A stretch of DNA of 64,000 nt from the human T2T-CHM13v2.0 reference genome, Homo sapiens. Below the pieces are notes generated by a model. The model was not told the DNA's origin and did no database searches. It worked only from the letters and a program-made list of their open reading frames with translations. Positions 1 through 17,089 of this stretch are shown here, one piece after another. The stretch lies in NCBI GenBank assembly GCA_009914755.4, contig CP068257.2, positions 34,944,001-35,008,000 on the forward strand. The letters are read 5' to 3'. A program made the position numbers and the translations under genes. Numbering within the stretch: the stretch's first letter is position 1; every line of letters begins with the position of its first letter.

Positions 1-78
1 CCTGGCTCTTGGTATGCCAGTGGGATAGACAAAGATTGAAGGAACCCTTTCTCTCAAAAAGACTTGACTTTCAAGACT

Positions 79-131
79 CTTGTTTTGCTGCAAAAAAATC
101 CTGTTTTGCTGCAAAAAAATCCTGTTTTGCA
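79..131. repeat. 21-bp tandem repeat (cctgttttgctgcaaaaaaat), about 2.5 copies
   Basis: Direct reading: the unit recurs head-to-tail at 79-99 and 100-120, with a partial copy at 121-131. Confidence 0.85.
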
Positions 132-1004
132 TAACAGAAGTTGAAAATGAATTTTTCCTTTTCTCTGCATTCCTTCTGCAATATTCCTAAGGTCCTTGGT
201 GCATGAAAATGCAGCAAAGAAGGCTATTATTACAATCATCTCTGAGGGATGATAGATCCTCTAGCTAATGTGTATTCATAGGGGTAATGTCTCTGATTAA
301 TCCATCAGCACCATTGTCACACAGGGAAACAGATACCCTGAAGAAGAGGACTAGGATGGGTACTGTTGAAAGAGGGTGGGAAATCTGGCAGGGTATGGCT
401 TTCTATGGGGCTTCATGAGCCTGCATCTCAGACCCTCTTTGGCAGATTTGAGTCACCAGGAGGGACCCAAGGGCAGGAAGTAGGCTACAGCCAAGAGATG
501 GGCACCAAGAGGAAACAGGAAACACATGGGACATCCACTTCGTAATTCTGCACCCAGCTCATTCTTCAGCTAAGTACTAAGCTTATTCCCATTTTCTGGC
601 TCTTAAACCATAACAAGACCTCTTCTGAAATATTCCTGAGGAAAAGGACCTATTTTCTTCTCTAAGGAAAAGCCCCACCAAGTCTCCAGAGTTGATCGCT
701 TCCAACCCATGTGTCATCTTGTGTTTATGATTTTCCCATCAGTTTTGCTTTAAAAATTAATTTTTAATAATCTCTAAAGAAATGCGTTCACCCTTATCTT
801 TAAAATATTCAAAGGATCCCCTATCCATTCTGTGCTTTTTTTTTTTTCATGAGCAAATTACATCTGGCCTCTTTCCCGCCTGGGGAATAGGCAGTGATCA
901 TCTGGGATGGAGACTTGGCTGGTTCTCAGCGCAGTCAAGCGGTGTAGTTTTGTGGTGAGCCCACTGGCCTGGGAATTCTAATAACCCTGGCTTCATGGGT
1001 AATT

Positions 1005-1075
1005 TGGGGTAAGTTATTCATTCTGTTCTTCATCTGGCTCCTCTGCAAAATGGGGCAAATAATAATATGGCATGA
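1005..1075 (-). mobile_element. MIR SINE fragment (core region)
   Basis: The motif ...cctctgcaaaatggggcaaataataat... matches the MIR core (cctcatctgtaaaatggggataataata) in reverse orientation. The match is short and diverged. Confidence 0.35.
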
Positions 1076-2750
1076 TTTCGAAGCCATAACAAGATGATGG
1101 AAATGAAAGTGGTCACCTTCATCTAAACATGAACTTGGGTGCTGCAAAAATGCAGAATGAAATGTTATCATTCTTCAGGGGAGTCATATTTCATGAAGAC
1201 CTCTGTGTTTTAATCACTAACTTAAAAATAAAAGTAAAAGAAGGAAAGGAAAAAAATTAATGATAGCAGCCTGAGATGCATGGGCTACATTCTCTGCTGC
1301 TTAGAGAACAAGAAAATGCATGACACTGTTTTGAAAAGTTAATCACGGAGGGCTTTGAAGGGTTTCATCTAGAACAAGTTGCAGGTAATATTGGAAAAAG
1401 ATTGGAGTCATAGCATCTCCGTGCATTATTGGGGTTTTAAATCCTAAATCACTACATACAGTGCATATTCTGGTTTAGGCTACCCAACTGGATATGTTGG
1501 CCTGGTTTCCTTACCGTAGCGCTCTCTGTTAATAACTAAACATGTTGGAGAAAAAAAAAAAGCAGGGCTTTTTTCAAAGTTGCAAGTCAATGTGCTGTAA
1601 ACATGGGTCTGAGGTTAGGATATTGAATTCCGTGAATAACAACAATCTGTCTTACTCCATTAATCAGAGGTTTACAATCCCTACAGTCTTATGAGCCATA
1701 GGGCCGTCACTGATAATTCTCTGTCAAAGAGAAATGGAATCATCTAGACATGTGCTTAAAGAGGAATTTTTCCCCTTGTTGATTTTATGTAGGAAACGAT
1801 TATTAGAAAATGTTGGCTCCCATGGAGGTTCGGAGACTGTGGGAAGAGACCTCATGGTGGGGATAGTGGAGATGCGAAAGACACGTGGAGCCTTTTGGCA
1901 GACAGGGCTCAGCAAAAAGAGGTCCAGCAATTTGTTGGGCAAGGTCTCTGCGTGGTCTCCTCTGGGACCTATTCCAGAGCAGTGAAACTAATAATCCTCA
2001 AATTCACTCCCTCTCCCCCAGGCGCCATTACACCATATTTGAATTATGTTATCAAAGAGACAGACGTGGATTCAGTTCTGATCCCCCAGACTCTTAAGGA
2101 AACGTGCCCCTTCCCTAATGGGAAAGTGTATTCGATGACCTGAAAGTTCACATGCCTTAAATCTGGCCGCCCTACTCCCCAGTCCTGGGCTGCACCCTCG
2201 TTCTGTGGAGTTCTGAGAAATGCCGAAGATGAGGCAGGTGGCAAATGTGGCTCCCTGAGAGCTAAACCTGACATCAAACCAGGAGCTTGGCTCAGTGTTT
2301 GTCAGCAAAATTAGCCTTTTCTTGCAGTGTTATATAAATTTTCCATAGAAATCTGGCATGTGTCAAGAATATGTGTCAAGAAGGATGCCTGTTTTCCTAA
2401 CTTAGGTGTAATCACCAGGTGCCCTACTTAAATTTATGTGCAAGGGTGCAGGCACCAGAGAAAACTACCAGCTATCGCTAAACCAACAAAAGCCATCAGT
2501 TAGGGATGAAAAGTGTGAAGAGTTGGGATGGAGTTGCCTTCCATTAACACCTCTGATTTGGATCCTTAAGATGACAGAACCACCAGTAAAACCCATTTCC
2601 AGTATCTAGAACAGGTGTGGTTTCGCCCCTGGAGGACAGCCTTGGCTGACACTGAGAGAAGGGGCTGGGATTGAGTCTCTTTGGTGAGCAACCTCCTAGA
2701 TGTAATTCTAGAGTCAATTCCAGGGCGTTTCACCAGAGACCTCAGGTGAC

Positions 2751-3250
2751 GTATATGGCTGTGGTTGTAAAATAATTTCCCACCAAAGATGCCCATGCCC
2801 TCGTCTCCAGAACCCATGAGTATGTTATGTTACATGCAAGGGCAGTGAAGGTTGCAGAGGGAATTAAGGTTGCTAACCAGGTGACTTCAGAATAAGGAGA
2901 TTATCAGGTGAGCCCAATGTAGTACCAAGGGTTCTTAAATGTGAAGGAGAGAGGCAGAAAGTCAGACCCAGTGTGATGTGAGTGAGAAAGACTTGACCAC
3001 CTGTTGCTCACTTTGAAGGTGGAGAAAGGGGCCACAAGCCAAGGAATGCAGGTGGCCTTTAGAAGCTGGAAAAGACAAGCAAGTTGATTCCCCCAGGGCC
3101 TCCAGAAAGGAACATAGCCCTGCCAATACCTTGATCACAACCCAGTGAGCCTCATTTCTGACCTCTAGAACCGTAGGATAATAACATTTGTGTAGTTTTA
3201 AGCCACTTGGTTGTGGTCACTTGTTACAGCGGCCACGGGAAGCTAACACA
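2751..3250 (+). mobile_element. MaLR LTR, MLT1-type (solo LTR, about 500 bp)
   Basis: Blocks match my memory of the MLT1A consensus: ...gggccacaagccaaggaatgcaggtggcctttagaagctggaaaag... and the 3' end ...ataataacatttgtgtagttttaagccacttggttgtggtcacttgttacagc.... The family name is from memory. Confidence 0.7.
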
Positions 3251-4339
3251 GTTCCTCAATGTTTTCCTCTGATTGACACAAGTTACACAAGCACAAATTT
3301 TGCTGTCCTCAGAATCATTCACCTCATGGCATGTCAGGTTGAGAACAGAGGTTGGCTGCACCCCTCATGTGAATTTGAGGTGCAGGGGGTCAGTTTGTCT
3401 CTCAGCCCAGCCCTTGCTGCTGCTGTGAGAATGGGCATGAGGTCACCATCCTCTCTCCCTGGCTCTGTTGAAAGATTGCTGTCTCAAACACCAGAGCCAT
3501 TGGTCCTTCAGAACCAACCCTGCAATTGTATTGCAGCACTGTGGTTTCCCTTTTTCCCAAATCTTTTTTTTTTTTTAAATATGCAACTCTGCCTTGTTGG
3601 AAAGATTCATAAAGCTTAAGATTTCCTTTCCTGGTGTTGTGCTGGTAAACTGGTTCTAAAAGTGGCAGAGTGCTGTATATAGCATTTGCCAATTTCCATC
3701 ATGGCAAATGTCAAGCTACCAGCTTAAGGTTGCTGAATGCGGAGTTGGCAAGAGATGTCCACAGTCTGCACAGGGTGGGCTCCAGCCAACTCTGAACATC
3801 GGGGAGAGGGCCGTTTATGTGCCATGCCCCTGAGCCTTCAGAAAGCCCAGTACCCTGAGAGCAAATTGGCCCCTACCATAAATAGTGCTGTGGAGTCTTC
3901 CAAAGCAGTTGTGCTTTGCTCTACAGCTGGTGCTATAAAAAAGTTCTCTCATCCCCCTTGCCACAGCTGCTCAAGATCCATGGAAATTCAGAAGAGCCAA
4001 GGAGCAGAGTCACAAGCTGTCATAAGTTGATTACAGACATTGGGAACCAGTGGTCAGAGCCAGTTTTAACTCCAGATGGTACTTTCTATAAATCTTTTGT
4101 CCTTTTTACAGTTATTTTTTAGTCTAGTTTGTTTCCAGACATAAGTCTAGTTTGAAAACCATTGAAACTTGAAGCCATCAGTCTTATTTTTTATCATATT
4201 AGCATGTCTAATTTTATATCTATCATACAGAAGGAAGTTAGTAAATCCCACTTCTACCACTGCCTATACCAGGATCTACCTGTTAGTAATTCAGTATGAA
4301 ATACTTAAACCAGTTTGTTGGAGGAATCTTAACACACAT

Positions 4340-4490
4340 ATAGGAGATAGCATATGAATGTAATAATATAACCACTAATTTGATGATAACAAGGCATATT
4401 TTATAGGATTGTTAGAAAGATTAAGTGAATTAATATTTGTAAAGCACTCAGTCAACAGTAAGAGTTTGTTAAAGAAATAGAAACCAGTAA
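4340..4490 (+). mobile_element. MIR SINE fragment
   Basis: ...ataggattgttagaaagattaagtgaattaatatttgtaaagcactcagtcaacagtaagagtttgttaaa resembles the MIR core/3' region (agggttgttgtgaggattaaatgag...gtaaagcgcttagcacagtg...aataaatgttagc). Confidence 0.4.
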
Positions 4491-6721
4491 ATATGACTTC
4501 TTAAAATTGAGAACTTAGATCTCTGACTTAGGAGGAGACTTAGTCAAATATCACCCAGCCCTATGAATGCAAATTTCAGCATCACTAGATCACTTCTCCC
4601 TTCTGGTTTTCACAGAAGCTTTTTTTCTTTTTGGTGACTTCTCAGTCGAACTGGACCCATGCAATGACTCTGTCCTCTGAGTTGAGGCCCTGGGGCCTCA
4701 CGGTCACTGCAGCCCCTCTGCACAAGTGCTTGCTCTTACAATTTATGAGATGCTTCTTGCAGCTGCTCCCTCGGAATGATTTAGATGGCCTTGGCTTGAT
4801 CCCTTCCAAATGTGGGCACCAGCAGGCTGCCATGTGCAAAAGCGTTTTCTTATGTGCACATCAAGACAAAACAGAGAACCAAATCTCCAAAACCTAAATG
4901 AGGTGGCCCATTCACTTCTAGCCCCACTTTCCCTCCAAATTCACCCCAAAGGCCAGGTGAGAGCTCAGCCTCAGCAGGCCCTGATTGCTGGGTTCAGGAC
5001 CATAAATCAGGGGGCTCACGTTGATGGGTGAGGAGGCCGGAAGACATCCGTCTGCCATCGGGAAGAAGGAGGTGCTTGCGGCCACTGGGCTGATTACAAA
5101 CTCGTAAGCTCCTGGGAGTGTCAAGTTTGGGATAAAAGGAAAAGGCAAACATGAAAGATGCTGGAGCTACATTTTCCAGGGCATATCTTCATCCCATCGT
5201 GAATTGATCTGTGGCCCTGGATTGCATCAAGTACGTAATACCTCAAAGTCAGCGAGAAAAGACAGGCTGACATTCAGGACTCACCAACTATTAGGCGGCT
5301 TGGAGGCAGAAGCCTACCCTGCCTCACGTTGGAGCTTTGAGGGCATGCACATTCACATAGATGAACTCAGAGAAGGCTCTTGCCTAGAAATTGAATCCAG
5401 TTTCTTTTTCCTGTATTTGTTTTGCAATCTGCCCTTGGAAGGGAAAGTTGATGTAGAATAGCAATAAATCTCCAAGGCACATCGCTTCAATTAAGAGATA
5501 GAGAAGCCCAGAGGGGCCCAAGAGCTCCAAGGGGAGCCAACCGCAGATTAATGGATGCTGAAGAATGCTGCCTTCCAAGACGGGAACTGGCTGATTTATG
5601 TCTATTCACATATTCTGAAGCCTTTAACTCAGGGGCCTTCCTTAATCACAGCACGATTACATGACCACTTTCATTTAGGGGGCTGGGGGTGAAAGAGTCT
5701 GTTTATTTGATTGAGCTTTAATAACCTAGCTCTTTATTACAATGCTCTTGGTGAAAGCATTTTTGTAAACTGAGAACAGTTTCCATTTAGTGCCCTGGGT
5801 TGCTCTCGTCTCTAGACCCATATACATCCACTTTGGCTGTTCTTCATATGCAAAACATTTGAAACTGTCCAGGCTCCATTCACCTCAAATCCCAGGGGTC
5901 TGAGCAAAATTACCCTGGCCATTTAGTTTATGGAAGGGGGAAGGAGGGAAATCAATGCATTTCCTAGGATAAGCCAAAGTCATTCATTTTTTTTTTCACA
6001 CATTTGTTTCAATCAAAGGGCTTTTATTTAGTACCATTTATTTAGTACCTACTATGTGGACGTTTAACCTACTATATGAGATTCACAAATAAAGATGTTT
6101 CCTTTTCTCATGAGCTCACAGTCTAGTAGGGAAGACAGACAAGAAAATCAATAATTATGGAAGAGCAAGAGGTCTAGAGAAAGGCAACCGGGAATGGTTC
6201 GGAGAAGCGCTCTGGGATGAGAGGGCCCTAGAGCTGAATATTAAAGGACAAGTGGGAGGTTACAGAGTGGATGGGGTAAGCCAGCTTGACCAGGCAGAAA
6301 CTTGGTTTACCGAGGAATTGCAGGTCACCTGGGCTGGATGGAGCATGGGTGGTGGAAACGGAGCTGCTAAGGTGGACAAAGGGTTCTACTTGACCTGTGT
6401 GACCTACATGGGATGCCCTGCTCAGAACTTCCTTCAAGAAAGCCTTCCTTGCCCCACTTTAGGGTCCACCTGAGCTTTTGAGCCAAGGTCATGCTGATTT
6501 CAGCATTGCCCCAGCCAACCCCTGAGCAATAAGGAGGCACGAAGTCCCAGCTAGGAAAAAAATGCCACCAGTGCGGCATCTTCTATGGGCAGTCTTTGCT
6601 CTGGAGCCCTCTGTCTTTCCCTAGAGCCCCTGGCATGGGGATGGGGCAGTGGGGGACAGTTCCGACAAAGTAACTGCAAACATGCTTTTGGCTGATGACA
6701 AAGCAAGACGTTAAAAGCCTA

Positions 6722-6882
6722 GGCTGGGCACCATGGCTCAGGCCTGAAGTCACAGTTACTTGGGAGGCTGATGTGGGAGGATCGCTTGAGCCCAGGAGGT
6801 TGAAGCTACAGTGAGCCATGATCATGCCACTGCACTCCAGCCTGGGCCACAGAGTGAGACCCTGTCCCAAGAAAAAAAGAAG
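6722..6882 (+). mobile_element. Alu with an internal deletion of about 110 bp
   Basis: It starts ggctgggcaccatggctcaggcctg (Alu 5' end), then jumps to right-monomer sequence ...ttacttgggaggctgatgtgggaggatcgcttgagcccaggaggttgaagctacagtgagccatgatcatgccactgcactccagcctgggccacagagtgagaccctgtc plus an A-tail. Confidence 0.8.
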
Positions 6883-7280
6883 GGAAATATTCATTTTTCT
6901 ACACCCTCTTTCCTCTTCTCACAGACACGCCACATATGCCTTTCATTCCTTTAACAGTTCAGACTGGGGCTGTCAGTATGATGCCACTGAACAGGCCATT
7001 TGTATGGCATTGACTGTCCTTTGAATCCAATAACCCATCAACTTATTTGATTAACCAGTTTGACTTTTTTATTATTCATTTCTGAATTGAGTGGTTCTAC
7101 TGGATTTACTATGCTCTGCTGTCTTATAGCCCTAAAGTTACATGAGTGTGGTAAAGCCATTTCCACCAGTAAACTACAAATAATATGGCATTTACAATAT
7201 AAGGACAGTGAATTATTTTATTTCAAAACCCCCAGATAATGAAGTCAATGTCTTACTCTAAAAATTAGTAAATAGTCTCG

Positions 7281-7573
<293 letters not shown>

Positions 7574-7989
7574 TTAAGTAAATAAAGCGAAAGTGTTAGG
7601 CTATATATCAGCATTACAAAAGAGGCTTGACTTTGAGGGAACACTCTTCATTCTGAAAAAATATGATCGCTAACTAACAGATGTCAAATGAATTATCAAA
7701 TTAGAAAACCACCATTTTGTAACCTTGAATGAATTAACTGATTCGGTCCAGGATCATTAACGGATGTTACAAGTATTCAGGGAAGAGCTGACGGAGAACC
7801 TAATAACCCGCAGAACCAAGGTCCTGTCTCACAAATCATCTGCTGGTCATGAGGGTGGGAAGATGCCTTTGTAATAGGGAGAGAGAGCCATGGGCAGCCT
7901 CCCAACCCAAGCATCAATCTTGGAATCACTGAGTGTGGGTAGCCTGGCACTGATGTGATACAATACAAAATGTACAACTTCAGCAGTGA

Positions 7990-8720
7990 AGGCTTCTTGG
8001 CAAAAAGTGTTTAACCTGAATTTAATCTGTGAACGCAAAAGTATCTGAGACAGGTCTCAATCCATTTAGAAAGTTTATTTTGTCAAGTTTAAGGACACAC
8101 CTGTGACAGAGCCTCAGGAGGTCCTGATGACATGTGCCCACGGCGGTCAGGGTACAGCTTGCTCTTACACTTTTTATGGAGACACGAGACATCTATTAAT
8201 ACCAGTAAGACGTACACTGATTTGATCTCAAAAGGTGGGACAACTCCGGGGATGGCTTTCAGGTTATAGGTAGATTTAAAAATTTCCTTATTGGCAATTG
8301 GATGAAAGAGTTATTATTTAAAAACCTGGAATCAATAGAACAGAATGTCTAGGTTATGATGATAAGGGATTGTGGAGACCAAAGTTTGTCATGCAGATGA
8401 AGTCTCCAGGTAGCAGGCTTCAGAGGGAATCAACTGTAAAAAGTTTCTTATCAGACTTAAGGTCTGTGTTGATGCTAATGCTGGTCAGCTTTTCCTGAAT
8501 TCCAAAAGGGAGGAGGGTATGATGAGGCATGTCCGACTCCCTCTTCCCATCATGACCTGAACTAGTTTTTTAGGTTGACTTTGGGATGCCCTTGGCTGAG
8601 AGGAGGGTTCCATTCAGATGGTTGAGGGGTACTTAAACTTTCGTTTTTGGTTTACAAGTCAATCTTAAGATCTAACTTCCAATGTACAGGGAGGAACAAG
8701 GACGGCAAACAAAATGCATG
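7990..8720 (+). mobile_element. Unclassified LTR-like interspersed repeat (family uncertain)
   Basis: ...ttgtcaagtttaaggacacacctgtgacagagcctcaggaggtcctgatgacatgtgccca...cttatcagacttaaggtctgt...ttcctgaattccaaaagggaggagggtatgatgagg... resembles a recurrent primate LTR-type repeat from memory. I cannot name or verify the family here. Confidence 0.3.
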
Positions 8721-8962
8721 GCTGTAAATGAATGTATTCTTATTTTTTAGAATTATGGACATATATATTATGGACATATATAATAAATTAAAACAAACAA
8801 TAGATTGGCATAAATATAGAAAACTACAAATAATTATTTAATCTGGTTGGTGAGTACATGAGTGTTTCTCATGCTATGTGCTCTTCTCTTCTGTGTGTTT
8901 AAATTTTTTTACAATGTAAAATAAAAACAGGAGGATGCTGTAAGAAGAATATTTTAAAATGA

Positions 8963-9281
<319 letters not shown>

Positions 9282-10845
9282 TGCATCTCCTTTTTACCAA
9301 ACATTCTAATGACACTGTGTAGAAAGCTGAATGTTCTTGGAGGTTTTGTGATATTACTGGCTTAGATTAGAAACAACTGAAGTTGGAAAAATAAGCCGGT
9401 TAGAGCACAGAAATGCATAGGACATTCCTCCCAACACCCTGCTGCAGTGCATTAATAAAAGTAGTTATGTCATGTGTGGTTAACAGTATGTAAGGTTGTG
9501 CAATGAAGGTGCTTTTAAAACCTGCTCCTACCTCTCTTGTAATGCAGAGCTCATACAATGTCATGTGGAGGTTTGCTAGCTGTTATTTCTATTCTTTGTC
9601 CACATCATGGTCAGTGGTGTTCAGAGTGACTTACGAAATCCCAAGCGAACGTGCCCTTCAATGCTTAGAAACACTCTTACCTTCACATCTAAGGTTGCAA
9701 ACCCCAGGTTTCAGAGCAGTTCTTAGAGTTGGAAGGTTTCCAGTGAGATGAAGGGGGTGGTGCGTGTGAAGGAGTGAACTTCAAACCCACCCATAAACTG
9801 AAAAGATGGACGCTCTTGGAACGTAGCGCCTTTTGCAACTAAGAACATACCGTTACCTCCAAGTGCCCGGATTGATGGAGACAAGCCCTGCCAAATTCCA
9901 TTCTCTCGGCTGGAAATTCCAGGATAGTGCTGGTACCGGTAAGTGACATTTTCTTGGAAAGTCACCAGGGGTTATAAAGTACTTCCCCAACCCCTACGTT
10001 TCTAAGGTATGAAAGGTAAAGGTCAGCATATAGAAAATTTAAATTATCACTAAAAGCATGGCAGTGGATTTAACTAAGAAAAATCCAAAAAGGATAGAGT
10101 TCAACTGAGTCATTGCAAGCCCGTTTCTTAAGGACTCCCTCCCCACTCCGTGAAATAAGATCTAGCAACGGAATTGCCAACTCAAAGTCTCACTGAAACA
10201 CAACAGGCTTTATTTTATAAGTGTGTTCTTTATGATTCTGTAATCTGTAGCGTACAGGGGAACCTTTTTGCAATTTTGGTGCCGATGCTCTCTGGGCTTG
10301 TTATCCAAGGCTTTTACTGCCTGTAGTTTGGTTTGGTTTGTTTTGTTTAGGGGTCGCTATGTAATTCCAGCCCTGGCGTAACCTGAATATGTGCAGGGGG
10401 CTTGTGTGGGTTGTGTGTGTGTGTGAACTGCGCGTGCTCCCCAAACAGGAAGACCCCAAGGGTGTACCATGCAGCCTTCTGTCATGAGAGTAATGTGACC
10501 CTTTGTGCTTGGTGCTCTGGGTGACCTTCCCTCTGCGGAGTCCAGGAGTCCAGGTGTGGGGCTGTTTCTCCAGCCACCAACCTCTACCCTCCACCCAGGT
10601 CTGCATGCTGGCCCAAGATTGAAGAGGAAAACTTGGTCTTTGTAGCACCACACTTAGCCAGCTGACATGAAAGATTTACTGCCATCCCTTAACCCATTAC
10701 ATGGTAATAAATGGAAGTTGGCATCATTTCTTATCAGTCTAAGAATTTTGAACTCTGGCTAAATTCCTTTTTCTATAATCAGAGGGTGTAGAAAATCACA
10801 TTTGTTTTTTAAACGGATGCTTTGGAAGACCCTGGTCAAAATTGT

Positions 10846-11045
10846 GGGCTCTGGAGTCTGAAACTTTGATTTAAACCTTGACTCTACTGCTTATTAACTT
10901 TGGGACCTGACATGTGACTTAAACTAAGCTTTAGTTTCCTTGTTTGTAAAATAGGTCTATTGATGAGATGGTGCATGCAAATTGCTTAGCTCAGTTCCTG
11001 GTATATAGTAGATGCCTCCTAAATAATAGCTATTACTATTTCCAA
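10846..11045 (+). mobile_element. MIR SINE (about 200 bp)
   Basis: ggctctggagtctgaaactttgatttaaaccttgactctactgcttattaactttgggacctgacatgtgacttaaactaagctttagtttccttgtttgtaaaatagg...gcttagctcagttcctggtatatagtagatgcctcctaaataatagctattactatt tracks the MIR consensus (ggagtcagac...ggttcaaatcc...ttactagctgtgtgaccttgggcaagtt...cagtttcctcatctgtaaaatgggg...gcttagcacagtgcctggcacatagtagg...aataaatgttagctattatt). Confidence 0.75.
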
Positions 11046-12895
<1,850 letters not shown>

Positions 12896-13454
12896 TCCTT
12901 AGAGGAGGAAATGTGGTAGAATAATTTCCCACCACAGAGAACCATCTTTTCCATTTATCCTAAATGACAAAGCTTTGATTGAATTATTTTACATCCCTGT
13001 TACATTTCTCTAGGATCCAGGCCATGAAAGTCCTTAAAGCTATCAAACCAGTTTCCAATGCTTCCTTCCCTCCACCCCACCCTGTCCCCTGCATCTTTAG
13101 ATACTGGCAGAGATGATTTTAAGAAACAAAATTGCATTTAGCAGTAAAAATCAAACTGAAAAACAGACACACTTGTCTCTCCCTAAGAATAAAAATGGAT
13201 AGAGCCACCTCACTGCATTATCTTCTTAAAGAATTCTCCTCTATTCTCTTTTTATGGAATTGAAGTTTCTACTTTTGCAAATGAATCCTGATTACCAATG
13301 CCGGTCATGCTGTTTGCTGTCTCATCTGCCGTCATGCAGTGTGCAGGACCCCTTGGTTTACTCCTGGCTTCTCTCTTGGTTCTATCGGCTCTAACTTACC
13401 CTGAGGCTTAGGGGTGCCAAACTGTGATACTCAGCAAATGATAGCTAATAACAT

Positions 13455-13675
13455 GAATTGAGCCCTTCCTACATGCCAGGTTCTATCCTATATCATTTAC
13501 TTATATTAGCTGAATTGTATCTCCACAATTCTCCTAAGAGGTAGGACCATCATTATTCCCATTTTACAGATGAGGAAACAGAGGCACAGGAGGGTGAAGT
13601 AACTTCTATCGAGTATGTGTCAGGGTTAGGGTTTTGACTCTAGATAGCTTATCTCAGAATCCATGTCTTTGTCGC
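13455..13675 (+). mobile_element. MIR SINE
   Basis: ...gagcccttcctacatgccaggttctatcctatatcatttac...cattattcccattttacagatgaggaaacagaggcacaggagggtgaagtaacttctatcgagtatgtgtcagggttagggttttgactc matches the MIR consensus (...tattatccccattttacagatgaggaaactgaggcacagagaggttaagtaacttgcccaaggtcacacagc...gggatttgaacc). Confidence 0.85.
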
Positions 13676-15111
13676 AATGTCATGCAACCTCACTAATGCT
13701 TTAGCCAAAGGGAACAAAAAAAACCACAAGCAAGTGCCACTGCTGTGCACTGTGTCTGATAATGAAGACAGTCTTGGCAATAGGTACAGTGCTCGCATGA
13801 AACATGGACAATGTTTATCAGCATAAGTAGGCACTCACAAATGTAGTTCTGATTTCATAGAAGCTTATGGTGTTGAATTTTATTACATTGCAGCTGTTGA
13901 TGTCATTCCTCTGGATTTATACCTGGTTTCACTGAACTACCTAGAGGAAGAAGCCTTCTTGCTTTTGGGGCATAAATAAGAGCATCACCCGCCTTCCAGG
14001 GAGATGAGCTCATAGACCCTGTATACGACCTCTTTAGAGTTTGTTAATGGAGACTGTAACGACATTTCTGCAGTGACTCCCGAAGACCCTCGCACCATCC
14101 AGAAACGCATTGAATTTTATCTTTTCTTTGGAAATCGATCTTGCTATTAATCTACTTGAAGGCAAAGTCTGTGTAACCCAAAATTATCCCATTTCCATGT
14201 ACTCAGTAATTAAAAACCAACCAACCATCCCCTCTTAACAAAGTGAGGTAAGAATAGAAGTATGTTTTGCTGACATTCTCTCAAGCCCAGATATATAAAC
14301 CTGCCTAGATTCTAGGCAGTCAGGGTCACTTAAAACAAGCTGGTGAACTAATCATTGACACCCAATCTACTCATTACAACACATAGAAGTTTCTCTCTCT
14401 TTCCTTACTTCCATCTTTCTTTCTTTCCTTGAACTCCTTGCCCACCCTACACCTAACTCACCTGCCTGCTCTAATTATTTAACCTTCCATGGTTGGCAGA
14501 AACTCAAGCCTTGAAATAAAACTAAGCCGAGATGTAATTTACAAGTTGTGAGTGCCACTCACCGTGCTGCTGTGTCCTCAGCCAAGTCCAGTGCTATATC
14601 TGAAAGTTCTTCCGGAGCTCCTCTTGAACATCTTACTCCCTCTCTTGGCAGGTGCCTGGCTCGTGACTTCTGCCTGGCTGGGCTGCCTGCCTCTCTCAGC
14701 TTTTCCCAGCTTGCCCTCCCCACCAATCAGACCCCCTGCTTTAGCTGGGCCTCAGGGTGCTCGTCCTTCCTGGACTCCCGGCGGGTGCCCAGCCCGCGCC
14801 TGCATCAGATATCTCTCAGGCCTTCCCCAGATCCCAGGCCTGTGGCACACCTAGTTTCAGCTATCAACACTGCCCTCTCAGTACGTGCCATTCCTACTCT
14901 GTCCACTCTGAAAAGGGACCAGTGTCTCTCTCGGTCTCCACTCACAGAGTCCCTATTCTCTCAACAAAAGGCCAATCAAATACCAAGATGGTTTCACTGA
15001 CGTCTAGCCCAGCTCAAATGACCGGTTTTCTTAGGCCTCATTGTTGCTGGCGACTGCTGGTGCCTCTTGGTGTTCAAATTCAGAAGAAAGCCCGGACTGA
15101 GAGTGGCATTA

Positions 15112-15912
<801 letters not shown>

Positions 15913-17089
15913 TCATTGTTTGTTCTTCCCTGGCAAAGTCTATCTTCTGATTCAAGTTTAATCAACAATATCATATGTACTGGGGCTTCTGGTGTCTCAG
16001 CCTCTGTCCTAAGCACCAGGGCAATTCAGCATGGTGAACCAGGAAGCAAACCAGACTTGGAGATGGGCGGGCTGGGGTTATTTGTTGTTGCTGTTTTTAT
16101 TGAGCCAGGGTTTGAGTCTCAGCTCTGTTACTTACTACTTGTGTAGTCTTGGATGAGCACCACATGCTCTCTGAGTTTTTGTTTTGATTATTAAATTGCG
16201 GTTAGGAATACTGGCAGAATCAAGTAGTAGAAGAGGTGTTAAGTACCTAGCACAGCACTCTTCACTCACTGATTATAAATGCCCCCAATGCCCCCTGTTT
16301 CCTGCATCCATGCCCTTGCAATGTGACATGGCAGACCTCCCATCAGAAGGCAGGGCTAATGCTCCATCTGATCTGGGCTTGACCATATGACTTACTTTGG
16401 CCAATGAGACATTAGAAAATGTGACACAAGCAGGGATCTGAATGGTGCAGGCACTGGGGCTTGCCTTCTCCTGCAGCTAAGAATCCTTTACACACCATGG
16501 AACAAGTGAAAGCTAGCTTCCTGGGGGATGAGAGACCATGTGGAGAGAGGCTCCAACCATCCAGACTTCCACCTGAGTTCCAGACATTAAAGAGAGGCCA
16601 TCCTAGACCACCCAGCCCTAACAGAGCTGACTTAGACCCGAATTGATTACTTAGCTCACAGAATCATGAGATGCAATAGATGTTTATTATTTTAAGTCAT
16701 TCAGTTTGGAGGTCTTTGGCTTTTGTAGCAAATGCTAACTGGTATAGTAACTAAGAGCTGGTCATAATGGCCAACACTTATTGAGACCTTTAACGCCAGG
16801 CACTCTGCTAGGCATGTGCTGGTCTTCTAAGCTGCATCTCCTGGTGCCCATAACAGTCTTATACACTAGAGGTGCCCAGGAGAAATCACTTTAAGAATTA
16901 AAAATTTTTATTTTTATTGTACCTGAATCCAGGAAGTATAAAAGGATACTAAAATACAATCAAGTAACTGCAAAAAATAGGTGTACAGGAAATAAATGCA
17001 AGTGTGGGAGACATCAAATGAAACTAAGCATGGGGCAAAAAACAAAAGCAAACAAATATGTATATGGTGGCTGCAGGCAGGTATATTAC

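Noticed and set aside
6000-6170. Possible SINE (MIR/MamSINE-like) containing ...tcatgagctcacagtctagtagggaagacagacaag...
   Set aside because: The motif resembles a recurrent SINE-like sequence, but I cannot align enough of it to a consensus from memory. I left it unannotated rather than guess.
10320-10440. Weak Alu-like or tRNA-SINE-like stretch (gggtcgctatgtaattccagccctggcgtaacctg) followed by a (TG)n-like run
   Set aside because: The similarity to the Alu right arm is too short and diverged to call. There are no A/B-box pair or TSD that I can verify.
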